Positions 9,233 to 19,565 are shown, numbered from the stretch's first letter. The stretch is 64,000 nucleotides of DNA from Meiothermus sp. (GCA_033762915.1 JANRLD010000078.1:1-64000), one strand, 5' to 3'. The notes: a model not told the origin generated them from the letters alone. Numbers and translations: made by a program.

Positions 9233-10204
9233 CTAGAGTTGTCGCAAGAACTTCAGTCTCTCCATGTGCTGGACACCCTCGCCGCCCTCGTGGCCGTTGT
9301 AGGGATAGACCCGTATCTCCTTCTGGCCCGCGTAGTGGTTATAGGCGGCGTAGACGGTGCTCGGCGGGCAAATCTCGTCCATGAGCGCCACCGAGAAGAG
9401 GGCCTTGGCCCTGGCCCTGGCCGAGAAACTGACCCCGTCGAAGTAGGAGAGCGTCTCGAAGACCGTCTCCACCTTGTCGCGGTGGACCTTGCAAAACCCA
9501 GAAATCTCGTTGTACGGGGCGGTGTCTATGATCTCGGTGGCGCGGCGGTAGTGGCAGAGGAAGGGCACGTCAGGCATGGCCAACCTGACCTCGGGCACCA
9601 GGCCCGCCACCGCCAGCGTCAGCCCACCGCCCTGCGAGATGCCCGTCACCGCCACGCGCCCGGGGTCAACCTCCGGGTGGGCCTGGGCGGCCTCTACGGC
9701 CCGCACCGCGTCGGTCATCAGTCGGCGGTAGTAGTAGGTCTTGGGTGAGAGGACGCCCCTGGTCATGAAGCCGGGGTGCTGGGGGTTGTCGCCCTCGAGG
9801 GCGAGGTCGGGGGTGTCGCCACCGGTGCCCCAGCGACTGCCCTGGCCCCGCGTGTCCATCAGCAGGTGGGCGTAGCCCGCGCTGGCGTAGGCCAGGCAGC
9901 GGTCCACCGGCAGGCCGCGCCCGCCGCCGTAGCCGACGTATTCCACCACCACGGGCAGCCTGCCCTCGCGACTCTTGGGCAGGGTGAACCAGGCCTTGAT
10001 CGGCTGGCCGCCGAAGCCGGAAAAGGTCAGGTCGAAGACCTCGAGCGTCCGCAACAGACCATCCGTAGGTTCGAAGGTGGCGTTGAGCGGGTGGCTGCGC
10101 GCGTCGCTGAGGGTCTGCTCCCAGAAGGCATCGAAGTCGGCCGGCTCAGGCAGCTCGGGGCGGTAGGTCTGGAGCTTCTCGAGGGGGAAGTCGAAGAGGG
10201 GCAT
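9233..10204 (-). CDS. Acetylxylan esterase / cephalosporin-C deacetylase (CE7, AXE1)
   Basis: [11 protein letters not shown]...[14 protein letters not shown], nucleophile GISQGG, DEICPP, NGHE. Confidence 0.9.
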   Translation of the reverse strand: MPLFDFPLEKLQTYRPELPEPADFDAFWEQTLSDARSHPLNATFEPTDGLLRTLEVFDLTFSGFGGQPIKAWFTLPKSREGRLPVVVEYVGYGGGRGLPVDRCLAYASAGYAHLLMDTRGQGSRWGTGGDTPDLALEGDNPQHPGFMTRGVLSPKTYYYRRLMTDAVRAVEAAQAHPEVDPGRVAVTGISQGGGLTLAVAGLVPEVRLAMPDVPFLCHYRRATEIIDTAPYNEISGFCKVHRDKVETVFETLSYFDGVSFSARARAKALFSVALMDEICPPSTVYAAYNHYAGQKEIRVYPYNGHEGGEGVQHMERLKFLRQL

Positions 10205-10263
10205 GGTGCGGCCATCATAATCCACCCCGAAACTGGTACGATGCGGCGGCGAGGGAGAAAACC

Positions 10264-11265
10264 ATGGCGCGACCCGTGACGTTGTTCACCGGCCAGTGGG
10301 CCGACCTGCCCCTGAGCGAACTGGCCCCACTAGCCAGGGAGATGGGCTACGACGGCCTCGAGCTGGCCTGCTGGGGCGATCACTTCGACGTACAAGAGGC
10401 GCTTCGTTCCAAGGGCTATGTCAAAGAGAAGCGGGCCTTGCTCGAGAAAAACAACCTCAAGTGCTTTGCGATCTCCGCCCACCTCGTGGGGCAGGCGGTC
10501 TGTGACCTGATCGACGAGCGCCACCGCTCAATCCTGCCCCCACAGGTCTGGGGCGACGGCGACCCCGAGGGTGTGCGCCGCCGCGCCGCCAAGGAGATCG
10601 CCGACACCGCCAAGGCCGCCGCCAAGTTCGGGGTCAAGGTGGTGAACGGGTTTACGGGCTCATCCATCTGGCACTCGATCTACGCCTTCCCGCCCACCAG
10701 TCAGGAGTACTGGGATAAGGGCTTCGCCGACTTCGCCAAGCGCTGGCTGCCGATTCTGAAGGTATTCGACTCGGTGGATGTGAACTTCGCCCTCGAGGTT
10801 CACCCCACCGAAATCGCCTTCGACATCGCCTCGGCCCAACGCGCCGTCCAGGCCCTGAACGGCCACAGACGCTTCGGCTTCAACTACGACCCATCGCACC
10901 TCGGCTACCAGGGCGTCGACTATGTGAAGTTCATCCGCGTCTTCGCCGACCGCATCTACCACGCGCACATGAAGGACGTCTGGTGGGGCCACGGCGACGG
11001 CACCGTGGGGGTCTTCGGCGGCCACGTCAGCTTCGGCGACAGCCGGCGGTTCTGGGACTTCAGGAGCGTGGGGCGGGGCGACATCAACTTCGAGGAGATC
11101 ATCGTGGCCCTCAACGACATCGGCTACGACGGCCCCCTGAGCGTGGAGTGGGAGGACAGCCGCATGGACAGGGTCCACGGCGCGACCGAGAGCGCGGCTT
11201 TCTGTAAGAAGCTGGATTTCAAGCCCTCGAGCCGGGCCTTCGACGCCGCCTTCGAGAAGTCCTGA
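10264..11265 (+). CDS. Sugar phosphate isomerase/epimerase (xylose-isomerase-like TIM barrel)
   Basis: [34 protein letters not shown] metal-binding motifs. Confidence 0.85.
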   Translation: MARPVTLFTGQWADLPLSELAPLAREMGYDGLELACWGDHFDVQEALRSKGYVKEKRALLEKNNLKCFAISAHLVGQAVCDLIDERHRSILPPQVWGDGDPEGVRRRAAKEIADTAKAAAKFGVKVVNGFTGSSIWHSIYAFPPTSQEYWDKGFADFAKRWLPILKVFDSVDVNFALEVHPTEIAFDIASAQRAVQALNGHRRFGFNYDPSHLGYQGVDYVKFIRVFADRIYHAHMKDVWWGHGDGTVGVFGGHVSFGDSRRFWDFRSVGRGDINFEEIIVALNDIGYDGPLSVEWEDSRMDRVHGATESAAFCKKLDFKPSSRAFDAAFEKS

Positions 11266-11268
11266 GGC

Positions 11269-12813
11269 TCAGCCGACCAGCAGCTCGGCGGCCTTCTCCG
11301 CGACCATTATGGTGGGGACGTTGGTGTTGCCGCGCACCACGCCGGGCATCACCGAGGCGTCGGCCACGTAAAGGTTCTCCGTCCCGTAGACCTTCAGGCC
11401 CTCGTCCACCACCTTGCCCAGGCTGCACGTCCCGGCGGGGTGGTAGAGGGTCTGGAGGTTGGCCCGGACATAGCCCTCGATTTCGGCTCGAGACTGCAAA
11501 CCGTCGTGCAAGGCGGGCTCGCCCCGGTAGGCCTCGAAGGCGGCTTGCCCCGCGAGCAGGCAGGCGTGCTCAAAGGCACGAACAAAGAACTCGAGGTCTC
11601 CCCTATCGCCCAGGTAGTTCGGCTGGATCAGCGGCGCGGCCTCGGGGTCAGGCGAGTGGAGGCCGACGAAGCCCCGGCTCCGGGGCGCCACCCCCACCGG
11701 GCCGACGGTGAAGAAGTGGCCCCGCCGGGGCCGGTCGAAGCCATGGTCGTGGAAGAAGGCCGGGCCAAAGTGGTACTGCAGGTCGGGCGCGGGCGCGTCG
11801 GGCATCAAGCGCACGAAAGCCCCGCCCTCGGCCACGTTGGAGGTGAAGGGGCCGGAACGGCTCAAGAGGTAGTGCGCCAGGTTGAGCAGGTTTTCGGCTC
11901 GGTCGAGGCTGATGGGCTGCTTGCAGCGGTAGATCACCGGCAGGGCCAGGTGGTCCCAAAGGTTGTGGCCCACCGGCAGGGCCTGCTGGACAGGGATGCC
12001 GTGCCGGCGCAGGTGGTCGGCAGGCCCGACGCCGGAGAGCAGCAGGAGTTGCGGCGACTGCACAGCCCCGCTCGAGAGCACCACCCGCCCGGCGTGGGCG
12101 GTTTTAACCTCGCCCCGGTGGCGGTACTGCACCCCCACGGCAAGGTTGCGGTCAAACAGCACCTTGTGCGCCCTGGCCTCAGCATGGACGGTCAGGTTGG
12201 GGCGGCTTAGGGCTGGGGTCAGGTAGGCGTCGGCGGCGCTGTGGCGTGCGCCGTTCTTACAGGTGACGTCGAACAGCCCCGCACCTTCTTGCTCGGCCCC
12301 GTTGAAGTCGGAGTTCTCAGTCAGCCCGGCCTGCTTACAGGCTTCCACGAACACGTGGGTAAGCGGGTTGGTGTAGCGCCGCCGCTCGACGTTAAGCGGG
12401 CCACCGGTAGCGTGGTAATCCGACTTGCCCAAAAAGTGGTGCTCGAGCCGCTTGAAGTAGGGCAGCAGTTCCCGAAAGCTCCACCCTCTGACCTTCCAAT
12501 CATCGTAGTCAAAGCGGTTGCCCCGCATGTAGATCATGGCGTTGATGGCGCTGCTGCCGCCCAGCGTCTTGCCCCTGGGCCAGTACAGCCTGCGCCCGTC
12601 CAGCTCGCCCTGGGGCTCGGTGAAAAAAGCCCAGTCGGCCTTGGTCTTGTAGAGCCTGGGGAAGGCGGCGGGCACCCGGTGGTTGAGGTCTTTGGGCGGC
12701 CCACCGGCCTCGAGCAGCAACACCCTTACCGCCGGCTTAGCGCTCAGCCGGTTGGCCAGCACGCACCCCGCCGACCCCGCCCCAATGATGATGTAGTCGT
12801 ACTCGGTAGACAT
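11269..12813 (-). CDS. GMC oxidoreductase (choline dehydrogenase-like)
   Basis: YDYIIIGAGSAGCVLANRLS, RGKTLGGSSAINAM, YHPAGT, GNTNVPTIMVAE. Confidence 0.92.
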   Translation of the reverse strand: MSTEYDYIIIGAGSAGCVLANRLSAKPAVRVLLLEAGGPPKDLNHRVPAAFPRLYKTKADWAFFTEPQGELDGRRLYWPRGKTLGGSSAINAMIYMRGNRFDYDDWKVRGWSFRELLPYFKRLEHHFLGKSDYHATGGPLNVERRRYTNPLTHVFVEACKQAGLTENSDFNGAEQEGAGLFDVTCKNGARHSAADAYLTPALSRPNLTVHAEARAHKVLFDRNLAVGVQYRHRGEVKTAHAGRVVLSSGAVQSPQLLLLSGVGPADHLRRHGIPVQQALPVGHNLWDHLALPVIYRCKQPISLDRAENLLNLAHYLLSRSGPFTSNVAEGGAFVRLMPDAPAPDLQYHFGPAFFHDHGFDRPRRGHFFTVGPVGVAPRSRGFVGLHSPDPEAAPLIQPNYLGDRGDLEFFVRAFEHACLLAGQAAFEAYRGEPALHDGLQSRAEIEGYVRANLQTLYHPAGTCSLGKVVDEGLKVYGTENLYVADASVMPGVVRGNTNVPTIMVAEKAAELLVG

Positions 12814-12893
12814 CGCTTGGAGTAAGTTTACCCCATCACGTTTTTGCCCTGCTGCGCCTTGAAACGCGCGGCTCCGGCTCTATACTTAACGCT

Positions 12894-13196
12894 ATGGGTC
12901 AGGGGAGTACCGACACGCTCAGCCGCACCAATACCCGCATTCAGAAGGCCCCCATGTACAAGGTGCTGCTGCTGAACGACGACTACACCACCTGGGATTT
13001 CGTGGTCTTCGTGCTGATGCGCTTCTTCGGCAAGAGCGAAGCCGAGGCCCACCAGGGGACGCTGGAAGTCCACCAAAAAGGCATCTACGTGGCGGGCATC
13101 TACACCTTCGAGATCGCCGAGACCAAGGCCAACCAGGTCATCCGCGCAGCTCAGGAAGAGGGGCATCCCTTTCAGGCCACGGTAGAGCCGGAGTAG
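12894..13196 (+). CDS. clpS: ATP-dependent Clp protease adaptor ClpS
   Basis: YKVLLLNDDYTTWDFVV, EVHQKG, EIAETK, HPF. Confidence 0.93.
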   Translation: MGQGSTDTLSRTNTRIQKAPMYKVLLLNDDYTTWDFVVFVLMRFFGKSEAEAHQGTLEVHQKGIYVAGIYTFEIAETKANQVIRAAQEEGHPFQATVEPE

Positions 13197-13343
13197 TGCT
13201 TGAGCCCTTGCGGGGCCTGCACTACCAGAATCAACTCGAGAACCCCGGAGTATCCCCGTGATAGGTTTTGCGAAACCCGGCCCGCGACAGCCCGGGGGAC
13301 TGCGCCCGCAGCCGGCCTGCGGGACGGTGGCAGTTCGCGCGCC

Positions 13344-14198
13344 TCAACCCCCGACCTTCTCCTTCACCAACTCTCCGTACAAGTCCGGTCGGCGCTGCTG
13401 AAAGACTGGGAAATCTTGGCGCAGTTTACGCAAAGGTGCGGGGTCGAGTTCGACAGTCATCACGCCCTCACGCTCGAGGCGGGCCATCTCCATGCCCATA
13501 AAGTCCACGGCAAAGCTGGCCACCCCGAAGGGCTCCTCGGCGTGGTTGGCGGAGATCAGGTAGGCCTGGTTTTCAGCCGCCCGCGACTTGCAAAACAGCT
13601 CCCAGGCGTAGCCCCGGCTGGCAGGCCAGGCCGAAGGCACCACGAAGACCTCCGCCCCTTGCAAGGCGTAGCTGCGGAACAGCTCGGGGAAGCGCAGGTC
13701 GAAGCAGATCGAGACCGCGACCTTGAGGCCGCCCACCTCCACCATTACCAGGCGGTTGCCCGGGAGCATGTTGGTGGGCTCGTTGAAGGCAGGGATCAGG
13801 TGGTTCTTGGTGTAGCAGGCCACCTCCGCGCCGCCCGCGAAGACGCTGGCCTGGTTGAGGTACTGCTGGGCCCGGGGGCGGCCCGGCACGGGCTTGGGCG
13901 AGTGGGCGTGGGCGCTGGGCGAGTCGGCGTGCTCGAGCATCCCCGCCACAATCACCGTCCGGTTGCCTGCCGTGGCGGCCTGCAACGCGCCCTTGAGTTC
14001 GCCCGCCAGCGCGGCCTCCTCGAGCCGGTAGCTGACCGCGAACAGCTCGGGCAGCACAATCAGGTCGGCCCCTTCGGACTGGGCCTGGGAGACCAGCTCG
14101 AGGGCGGCCTCGAGGGTATCATGGGCGGTCCCGCGGGTGGCGATGTGAATCGAAGAGATTTTCAACTGCGGCGGCAGGTGTTGGGCGGCATCCTTCAC
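13344..14198 (-). CDS. Carbon-nitrogen hydrolase (nitrilase superfamily)
   Basis: Catalytic triad motifs VLPE, YTKNHL and ICFDLRFPE; RAAENQ; RRPDLY. Confidence 0.88.
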   Translation of the reverse strand: MKDAAQHLPPQLKISSIHIATRGTAHDTLEAALELVSQAQSEGADLIVLPELFAVSYRLEEAALAGELKGALQAATAGNRTVIVAGMLEHADSPSAHAHSPKPVPGRPRAQQYLNQASVFAGGAEVACYTKNHLIPAFNEPTNMLPGNRLVMVEVGGLKVAVSICFDLRFPELFRSYALQGAEVFVVPSAWPASRGYAWELFCKSRAAENQAYLISANHAEEPFGVASFAVDFMGMEMARLEREGVMTVELDPAPLRKLRQDFPVFQQRRPDLYGELVKEKVGG

Positions 14199-14521
14199 GA
14201 CTCGCTCCTTTGGCGCACGAGCTGGATGCGGTGGGCGATGAAGGGCAGTACCAGCCCCACCCCCGTCCCCAGCAGCGCCGCCCCGATCTCGCCCTGCACG
14301 CTTTGCATCAGGATCACGACGGCGATCATCCCGGCGAACAGCGGCACCACGAAGGGCTTCTTGTCCGGGTACTGTACCGCCGCCGCCCCCAGCAGCGTAC
14401 AGACCGTGAGGGTCGAGCCAAAGGTGTCGCGGGCGATGAAGAAGAAGTAGATCAGCCCCACGATGCTCACGACGATCAGCACCTGGGCCACCTTGGCCGG
14501 GGGAAGCATCTGCAAACGCAT
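14195..14521 (-). CDS. Small integral membrane protein
   Basis: About 4 hydrophobic segments, TACCCT 6 nt before ATG, stop overlaps the next start (GTGA). Confidence 0.6.
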   Translation of the reverse strand: MRLQMLPPAKVAQVLIVVSIVGLIYFFFIARDTFGSTLTVCTLLGAAAVQYPDKKPFVVPLFAGMIAVVILMQSVQGEIGAALLGTGVGLVLPFIAHRIQLVRQRSES

Positions 14522-14719
14522 GGGACTAGGGTACAGGAAGTGGGGGGTGGGGAGTAGGGGGTGAGAGATCATCAGCCGTAGGCCATCGGCGATAGGGGGA
14601 TACGGCTTTAGCCACCAAAGCGACTCTCGGGCAGTAGAAACGCCGAAGACCGTATGGTCTTCGGCGTTTTGCTGTTCGCGATCGGACTCGAGACCTGCCA
14701 AGAGGCCAACGGCCGGGAG

Positions 14720-15037
14720 TTAGTGCTTAATGAACCGCCAGACGATCAGACTCGAGACGATCAGCCCCAGGCCGCCCCAGGCCACCTGCGGCTCGCTGCC
14801 CGCGAAGCCCAGCAGCGCGGCCAGCACGCCCGCGCTGAGAAAACCGAGCGCATACTTGGGGTTGACGGTCACGCCCAGGATCAGCGCGACCAGGAAGCCC
14901 GACACAGCGGGCGGGAGCCCGGCCCCCACCACCACGATGCCGACCAGTAGGGCGAGGGTAATCACCAGCCCCACCACATACGCGCCGGGGAAGGGCTCTT
15001 TGCGGGTTTTTTCGGGTTTGCCGCCGTATTCAGCCAT
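14720..15037 (-). CDS. Small integral membrane protein
   Basis: AAGGA RBS before ATG at 15037 (MAEYGGKP...), 3-4 TM segments. Confidence 0.65.
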   Translation of the reverse strand: MAEYGGKPEKTRKEPFPGAYVVGLVITLALLVGIVVVGAGLPPAVSGFLVALILGVTVNPKYALGFLSAGVLAALLGFAGSEPQVAWGGLGLIVSSLIVWRFIKH

Positions 15038-15138
15038 AGTGTTGTCCTTAGAAGTATAGCAGTAGGGAAAGGGGATTGTGTGCCAGGGAGACGGCGAAGC
15101 GCGAACGGATTGTTGGGGCGTTGGCGGTTCTGCGTCCC

Positions 15139-15867
15139 CTATCGAAAAGCCTCCGGCGTCTCCAGGCTCCTCCAGGCCAGCTTGCCGTCTTGTACGGGGG
15201 GCCAGAGCACGAAGGTGGCCTTGCCGCCGATCTGGCCGAGGGGGATGGGGCCGAAGCCCCTCGAGTCCTCCGAGCCGCCGAAAGAACGGTTGTCGCCCAT
15301 CACGAAGTAATTGCCCGGGGGGACGGTGTACTCGCCGGTCTGACCCTCGCGGAAGGGCCAGCGGTCGGAGTTGGCGCGGTCGGACTCGGTGTCGAGCTGG
15401 TTGAGGTGACGCCAGAAGGGGACGGTGTGGGCCTCTTCCACCGGCCGACCGTTGAGGTAGAGCTGGCCCCCCTCCATGCGGAGCCTGTCGCCGGGCAAGC
15501 CCACAATCCGCTTGATGAAGTAGGGGCGGAAGGTCGCGCCCCACTGCCCGAAGAAGGGCATCGGCTGCACCGCGTAGGGCGAGGCCGCGTTGGGGCGCAC
15601 CACCACTAGGTCACCCCGCTTAAAGCTGCCCAGACCAAAGCGGTGCAGCCAGGTCTGGTACTTGGGCACGAACAGGCGCTGGCCGTTTTGGAGGTTGGGC
15701 AGGTCGGACGTCCCCACCACCCCGACGGTAGTGAAGAGGAAGGTGGTGAGTAAGAAGGCCAACAGGATGGCCTCGCCGACGGGGCGGAGCCATTCCAGGA
15801 ACAGATACCGGACAAAGCCGGGGCTCTGAGCGGGCGGCGTGCCCGTTTGGGTTTCGACGGGTTGCAC
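15139..15867 (-). CDS. lepB: Signal peptidase I
   Basis: TM anchor, catalytic Ser box VVGTSDLPNL, Lys box FIKRIVGLPGD, GDNR..SEDSR.FG. Start taken at GTG after GAGGT. Confidence 0.92.
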   Translation of the reverse strand: MQPVETQTGTPPAQSPGFVRYLFLEWLRPVGEAILLAFLLTTFLFTTVGVVGTSDLPNLQNGQRLFVPKYQTWLHRFGLGSFKRGDLVVVRPNAASPYAVQPMPFFGQWGATFRPYFIKRIVGLPGDRLRMEGGQLYLNGRPVEEAHTVPFWRHLNQLDTESDRANSDRWPFREGQTGEYTVPPGNYFVMGDNRSFGGSEDSRGFGPIPLGQIGGKATFVLWPPVQDGKLAWRSLETPEAFR

Positions 15868-15955
15868 GGGGTACCTCGAGGGATGCGGGTGGCATGTGGC
15901 TTGTGGCCGAGAGCCAAAAGCGCCGAGTATTCGGGAATGAGTGCCGGGCTTGGGC

Positions 15956-16318
15956 TTAGGTGTGCAGATTCGCTCGAGGCGGCGCACGCGGGAGCGCAGA
16001 AGCCTCGATCCGAGGGGGAAGGCCCGGCGCGGGAAGCTCGAGCCCAACCCGGAGCGCATGAGCCCGAAGCGTCATCCCAGCCTTTTGCGGAAGGGCAGCA
16101 CTCGAGCCCCCCTGAATCGCCAACATCTGCTGCGGCGACGAAGTCTTAGGGGCCGTGGTCTGGGGCGGGCAGTGATCCAGACAGGCCTGCGGGGGGAAAA
16201 GCTGCTCGAGGGTGTGGCTGAGGGCGAAGCGGGCCTCGGAGCTCGAGAAGGTCAACAACACCAGGAGGGGCAACAGCTTCGGCCATAGCCCCTGGGTTTG
16301 TAGCCTGCGCCACGTCAT
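15956..16318 (-). CDS. Secreted leader ORF with C-terminal RAPP motif, candidate ribosome arrest peptide
   Basis: Signal-peptide-like N-terminus, Pro-rich linker, ...ALPRAPPRANLHT at the C-terminus, co-oriented about 90 nt upstream of lepB. Confidence 0.6.
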   Translation of the reverse strand: MTWRRLQTQGLWPKLLPLLVLLTFSSSEARFALSHTLEQLFPPQACLDHCPPQTTAPKTSSPQQMLAIQGGSSAALPQKAGMTLRAHALRVGLELPAPGLPPRIEASALPRAPPRANLHT

Positions 16319-16374
16319 CCTGGGTTTGATGATACACCCCCAGATGACGGGGGGCTGAAAGAGGTCGCCCTGGC

Positions 16375-17391
16375 TCAGACCTCCTCGAGCTTCTCCACCT
16401 CCGCCTGGGGCACGGCAACGGCCGCCGGAATGGGTAAGTGCCCGGGTGCCCCCAGCAACACGCGGTAGAGGTCGCTCAGGACTGCGCTGGCGGTCACGCC
16501 GGCGCCGGCGCCCGCCCCCGCAAAGACCAATTGGCCGATGGGGTCACCTTTGTAGACCATCGCGTTTCGCCCGCTCCCCATCGTGACCAGGGGGTGCTCG
16601 GCGGGCAGGCGGACGGGCCGAACCGCCCCCACCCATTGCCCCTTCTCGGGGTACAGGCTGGCCACCAGTTTGATGGCCTGGCCCTTAGCGCGGGCCTCCT
16701 TCAGCATCTCGGGAGTGAGGTGTTGGATACCCCGGGTGTGCCTCAGCACCCGGTCCCAGTTGAGGTTGGGGTCTACGGTCAGGCGGCCCAGCACGGTGAT
16801 CTTGTGCGCCGAGTCGATTCCGCCCACGTCGAGGTTGGGGTCGGCCTCGAGGTAGCCCAGGTCGCCCGCCTCCTTGAAGGCCTCGGCGTAGGTCGCCCCC
16901 TCCTCGAGCCGCCGGATGATGTAGCTGCAGGTCCCGTTGACGATGCCGTGCATCTCCGTGGTCTGGTTGCCCCACAGGCTCTGCAAGGCCCCGATGATGG
17001 GCGTGCCCGCCATCACGCTGGCCTCGTAGTGCAAGTCGCCCTCCTCGGCGTAGGGGCGCAGCTCGTCCCAGCGCTCGGCCAGCAGCGCCTTGTTGGCCGT
17101 GACCACCGGGAGGCCGCGCTGGAGCGCCTCGAGCACCATCTCTCCGGCCTGGTCGGTACCGCCCGCCACCTCCACCAGCACGTCCACGTCGTCCAGGAAG
17201 CCCTCGGCCTTGGCGGTGAGGAGCCTCGAGGCAATACCCGGCCTGGCCTTCTTCTCGTCGCGCACCAGCACTTTTGCCAGTTCCACCTTCACGTCCAGCG
17301 CCCTGAAGCGCTCCTGGTGCTTGGGCAGCAGCTCGGCCAGCCCGCCCCCCACCGTGCCCGCGCCCATCATGCCGATGCGAATGGTTTCCAT
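16375..17391 (-). CDS. hom: Homoserine dehydrogenase
   Basis: GAGTVG, VVTANK, EASVMAGTP, GIVNGT, EADP..DVGG.D.AHK, GAGAG..TASAV. Confidence 0.93.
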   Translation of the reverse strand: METIRIGMMGAGTVGGGLAELLPKHQERFRALDVKVELAKVLVRDEKKARPGIASRLLTAKAEGFLDDVDVLVEVAGGTDQAGEMVLEALQRGLPVVTANKALLAERWDELRPYAEEGDLHYEASVMAGTPIIGALQSLWGNQTTEMHGIVNGTCSYIIRRLEEGATYAEAFKEAGDLGYLEADPNLDVGGIDSAHKITVLGRLTVDPNLNWDRVLRHTRGIQHLTPEMLKEARAKGQAIKLVASLYPEKGQWVGAVRPVRLPAEHPLVTMGSGRNAMVYKGDPIGQLVFAGAGAGAGVTASAVLSDLYRVLLGAPGHLPIPAAVAVPQAEVEKLEEV

Positions 17392-17626
17392 GAACGATAG
17401 CCTACCTTGAGCGGTGAGCGACGGGCAATGCGCACAAAGCTGAAGGCCACCCGCCGTAAACCGACTGGATTCCAGTCATGACCCGGCGGAAACGCCTTGA
17501 GGCTTCTACCGAGACGCTGCGGAGCGCCGCAGTGGTGGGGAGCGAGATCAGGGGCACGGCGCTTTTGCCGGCTTGGCCGTCGGCTGTCGCTCACGGCTCA
17601 CTGCACATTGCTCTAAGCTATTCTTC

Positions 17627-18736
17627 GTGGCCGCCCAACAGACCCTCACCCAAGCCGCGCAGGAGCGGGGGTTCGTGACGGCCTGGGCCGGGCTGGATTT
17701 ACCGGAGGAGGCCAGGAAGCGTAATCGAGACTGGATCGAGCAAGGCCACCAAGCCGAGATGGGCTACTTGAACCAGAATCTCGAGACCCGCCTGAACCCC
17801 AAATCCCGCTTCGGCTGGGCCAGAAGTGTGCTGGTGTTGGCCGCCCCGCACAGCTACCCCAGGCCCGAAAAACCCGGTGATGGCCTCCGCGTCGGCAAGG
17901 TCGCCCGCTACGCCTGGGTGAGGGATTATCACCTGCTGATTCAGCCGCACTTGCGGGCCTTGGAGGAACTGGCAAAGGAGTTGGGCTTGGGGGCCAAGGG
18001 CTACGTGGACACCGGACCCCTCTCCGAGCGGGCCTACGGCGCGTTGGGGTCTCTGGGCTGGGTAGGCCGCAACGCCATGCTGATGCGGATGGGTGAAGGC
18101 ACGTATCTGACACTGGCCATGCTGCTGACCACCCTCTCCCCAGCCCCCCACCCAGACGGACAGGGCCTCTATCCCAACCGCTGCGGCTCCTGCACCCGCT
18201 GCGTCGCCGCCTGCCCCACGGGCGCTCTGCTGGGCGACGGCTCGCTCGACTCGAGGCGCTGCATCGCCTATTGGACGATAGAGCACCGGGGGTTGATCCC
18301 AACCGACCTCTGGCCTTTTTTCGACGAGTGGCTGTTTGGCTGCGACATCTGTCAAGAAGTGTGTCCCTGGAATCGCAAGGCCCAGGAATTTTGGCAAGGC
18401 TTCCAGCCCGAGGCCGATCTGGCCTATCCCAACCTGCTGGATTTCTTCACCCTGTCTTCCAAAGCCTTCGAGCGCAAATACGCCCAAACCGTCTTCCTCC
18501 GCCCAGGCCGCACCCGTCTGGCCCGCAACGCCTTGATCGTCCTGGCGAACACGGGCGACCCTGCCCACCTACCCCTGATCCGCCAGGCCGCCCAGGACAT
18601 TAACCCCGTTGTCCGCGCTTCTGCCGCCGGAGCTTTGCACAGATATGGGGATTTGGATGGCGTTGTCCAGCTTGGCAACGACCCAGACGAGGGGGTCTCG
18701 AGGGAAGCCCAACGGTTACTGACCCTCGACCTTTGA
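17627..18736 (+). CDS. queG: tRNA epoxyqueuosine reductase
   Basis: ARYAW.RDYH, VDTGP, CGSCTRCVAACPT, GCDICQEVCPWN, HEAT-like C-terminus. Confidence 0.92.
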   Translation: MAAQQTLTQAAQERGFVTAWAGLDLPEEARKRNRDWIEQGHQAEMGYLNQNLETRLNPKSRFGWARSVLVLAAPHSYPRPEKPGDGLRVGKVARYAWVRDYHLLIQPHLRALEELAKELGLGAKGYVDTGPLSERAYGALGSLGWVGRNAMLMRMGEGTYLTLAMLLTTLSPAPHPDGQGLYPNRCGSCTRCVAACPTGALLGDGSLDSRRCIAYWTIEHRGLIPTDLWPFFDEWLFGCDICQEVCPWNRKAQEFWQGFQPEADLAYPNLLDFFTLSSKAFERKYAQTVFLRPGRTRLARNALIVLANTGDPAHLPLIRQAAQDINPVVRASAAGALHRYGDLDGVVQLGNDPDEGVSREAQRLLTLDL

Positions 18737-18854
18737 GAGCGGTTCCCATGCATACTCCCTCCGAGGCGCAATTCCCTGTGGGAGTTGGCGGGCGGCATGT
18801 CGCAGTTGAACTATGCAGAGACTTGGCTTTCGACGTTTGGCAGCACGAAGGGCT

Positions 18855-19565
18855 TTACTGCGGAAACCGCCCCTGCCGCACCACCTCGGCCAGCACCTCG
18901 GGCAGTTCCCAGGCGGCCAGGTCGAAGGCCACCTGGCCGTAGTCGTAGGGCAGCTTGAGGAAGCGGTGGTGGATCTCGCCGTGCATGTCGTCCTCGAGGA
19001 TCAGCACATCAGCCCCGGGCTCGCCGCCCAGGCTCAGGCCGACCGAGCCGGGGTCGTAGACGATGCCCTTGTGGATGGCCCGCTTAAAAGGGATGTGCCG
19101 ACCGGCCACCACCGCGTAGCGCGAGCGGATGCCCTCGAGCATCTTGAGGATCTCGGCGGGGTGGCCCTCGTTGAGGTCGAGCTTGGTCTCGGGGTCTTCG
19201 GGCGAGCCGTGAAAGGCCATCAAGCGCCCGCCCAGGGTGTCAATGCGGTGCCTCGAGCGCAGGTTGCGCAGAAAATTGAGCTCCCGAGACCCCAACTGGT
19301 CTCGAGTCCACAGAATCGTGGCCTCGGCAATGCCCTCGCGGGCCTTGGACGGCAGGGCGTAGGCCACCCGCAGGTCGGCGGCCCCCGGCACGCAGGGGAT
19401 GCCCTCGCGGTCGAGCTTGCGGATCACCTGCCGGGGGTGCGGGCCGTAGCCCACCAGGTCGCCCACCGCCAAAATTTGCGCGATACCCTCCTTGCGCAGT
19501 GCCTCCAGGGCTGTCTCGAGGGCAGGGAGGTTGGCGTGTATCTCGGCGATGATCCCAAGGCGCAT
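18855..19565 (-). CDS. Calcineurin-like metallophosphoesterase fold protein with degenerate motifs
   Basis: IAEIHANLPALE, VGDLVGYGP, FHGSP, DPGSVG; canonical GNH and HxH motifs are altered. Confidence 0.8.
   Translation of the reverse strand: MRLGIIAEIHANLPALETALEALRKEGIAQILAVGDLVGYGPHPRQVIRKLDREGIPCVPGAADLRVAYALPSKAREGIAEATILWTRDQLGSRELNFLRNLRSRHRIDTLGGRLMAFHGSPEDPETKLDLNEGHPAEILKMLEGIRSRYAVVAGRHIPFKRAIHKGIVYDPGSVGLSLGGEPGADVLILEDDMHGEIHHRFLKLPYDYGQVAFDLAAWELPEVLAEVVRQGRFPQ

Noticed and set aside
13200..14450. Long antisense ORFs (also 42575-44119, 44037-45311, 61846-63018 and others)
   Set aside because: They mirror well-supported genes on the opposite strand and carry no recognisable motifs; this is a high-GC codon artefact.
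17463..17477. Palindrome GACTGGA-T-TCCAGTC between divergent hom and queG
   Set aside because: Single GC-balanced occurrence with no second copy or linked regulator, so it cannot be distinguished from chance.
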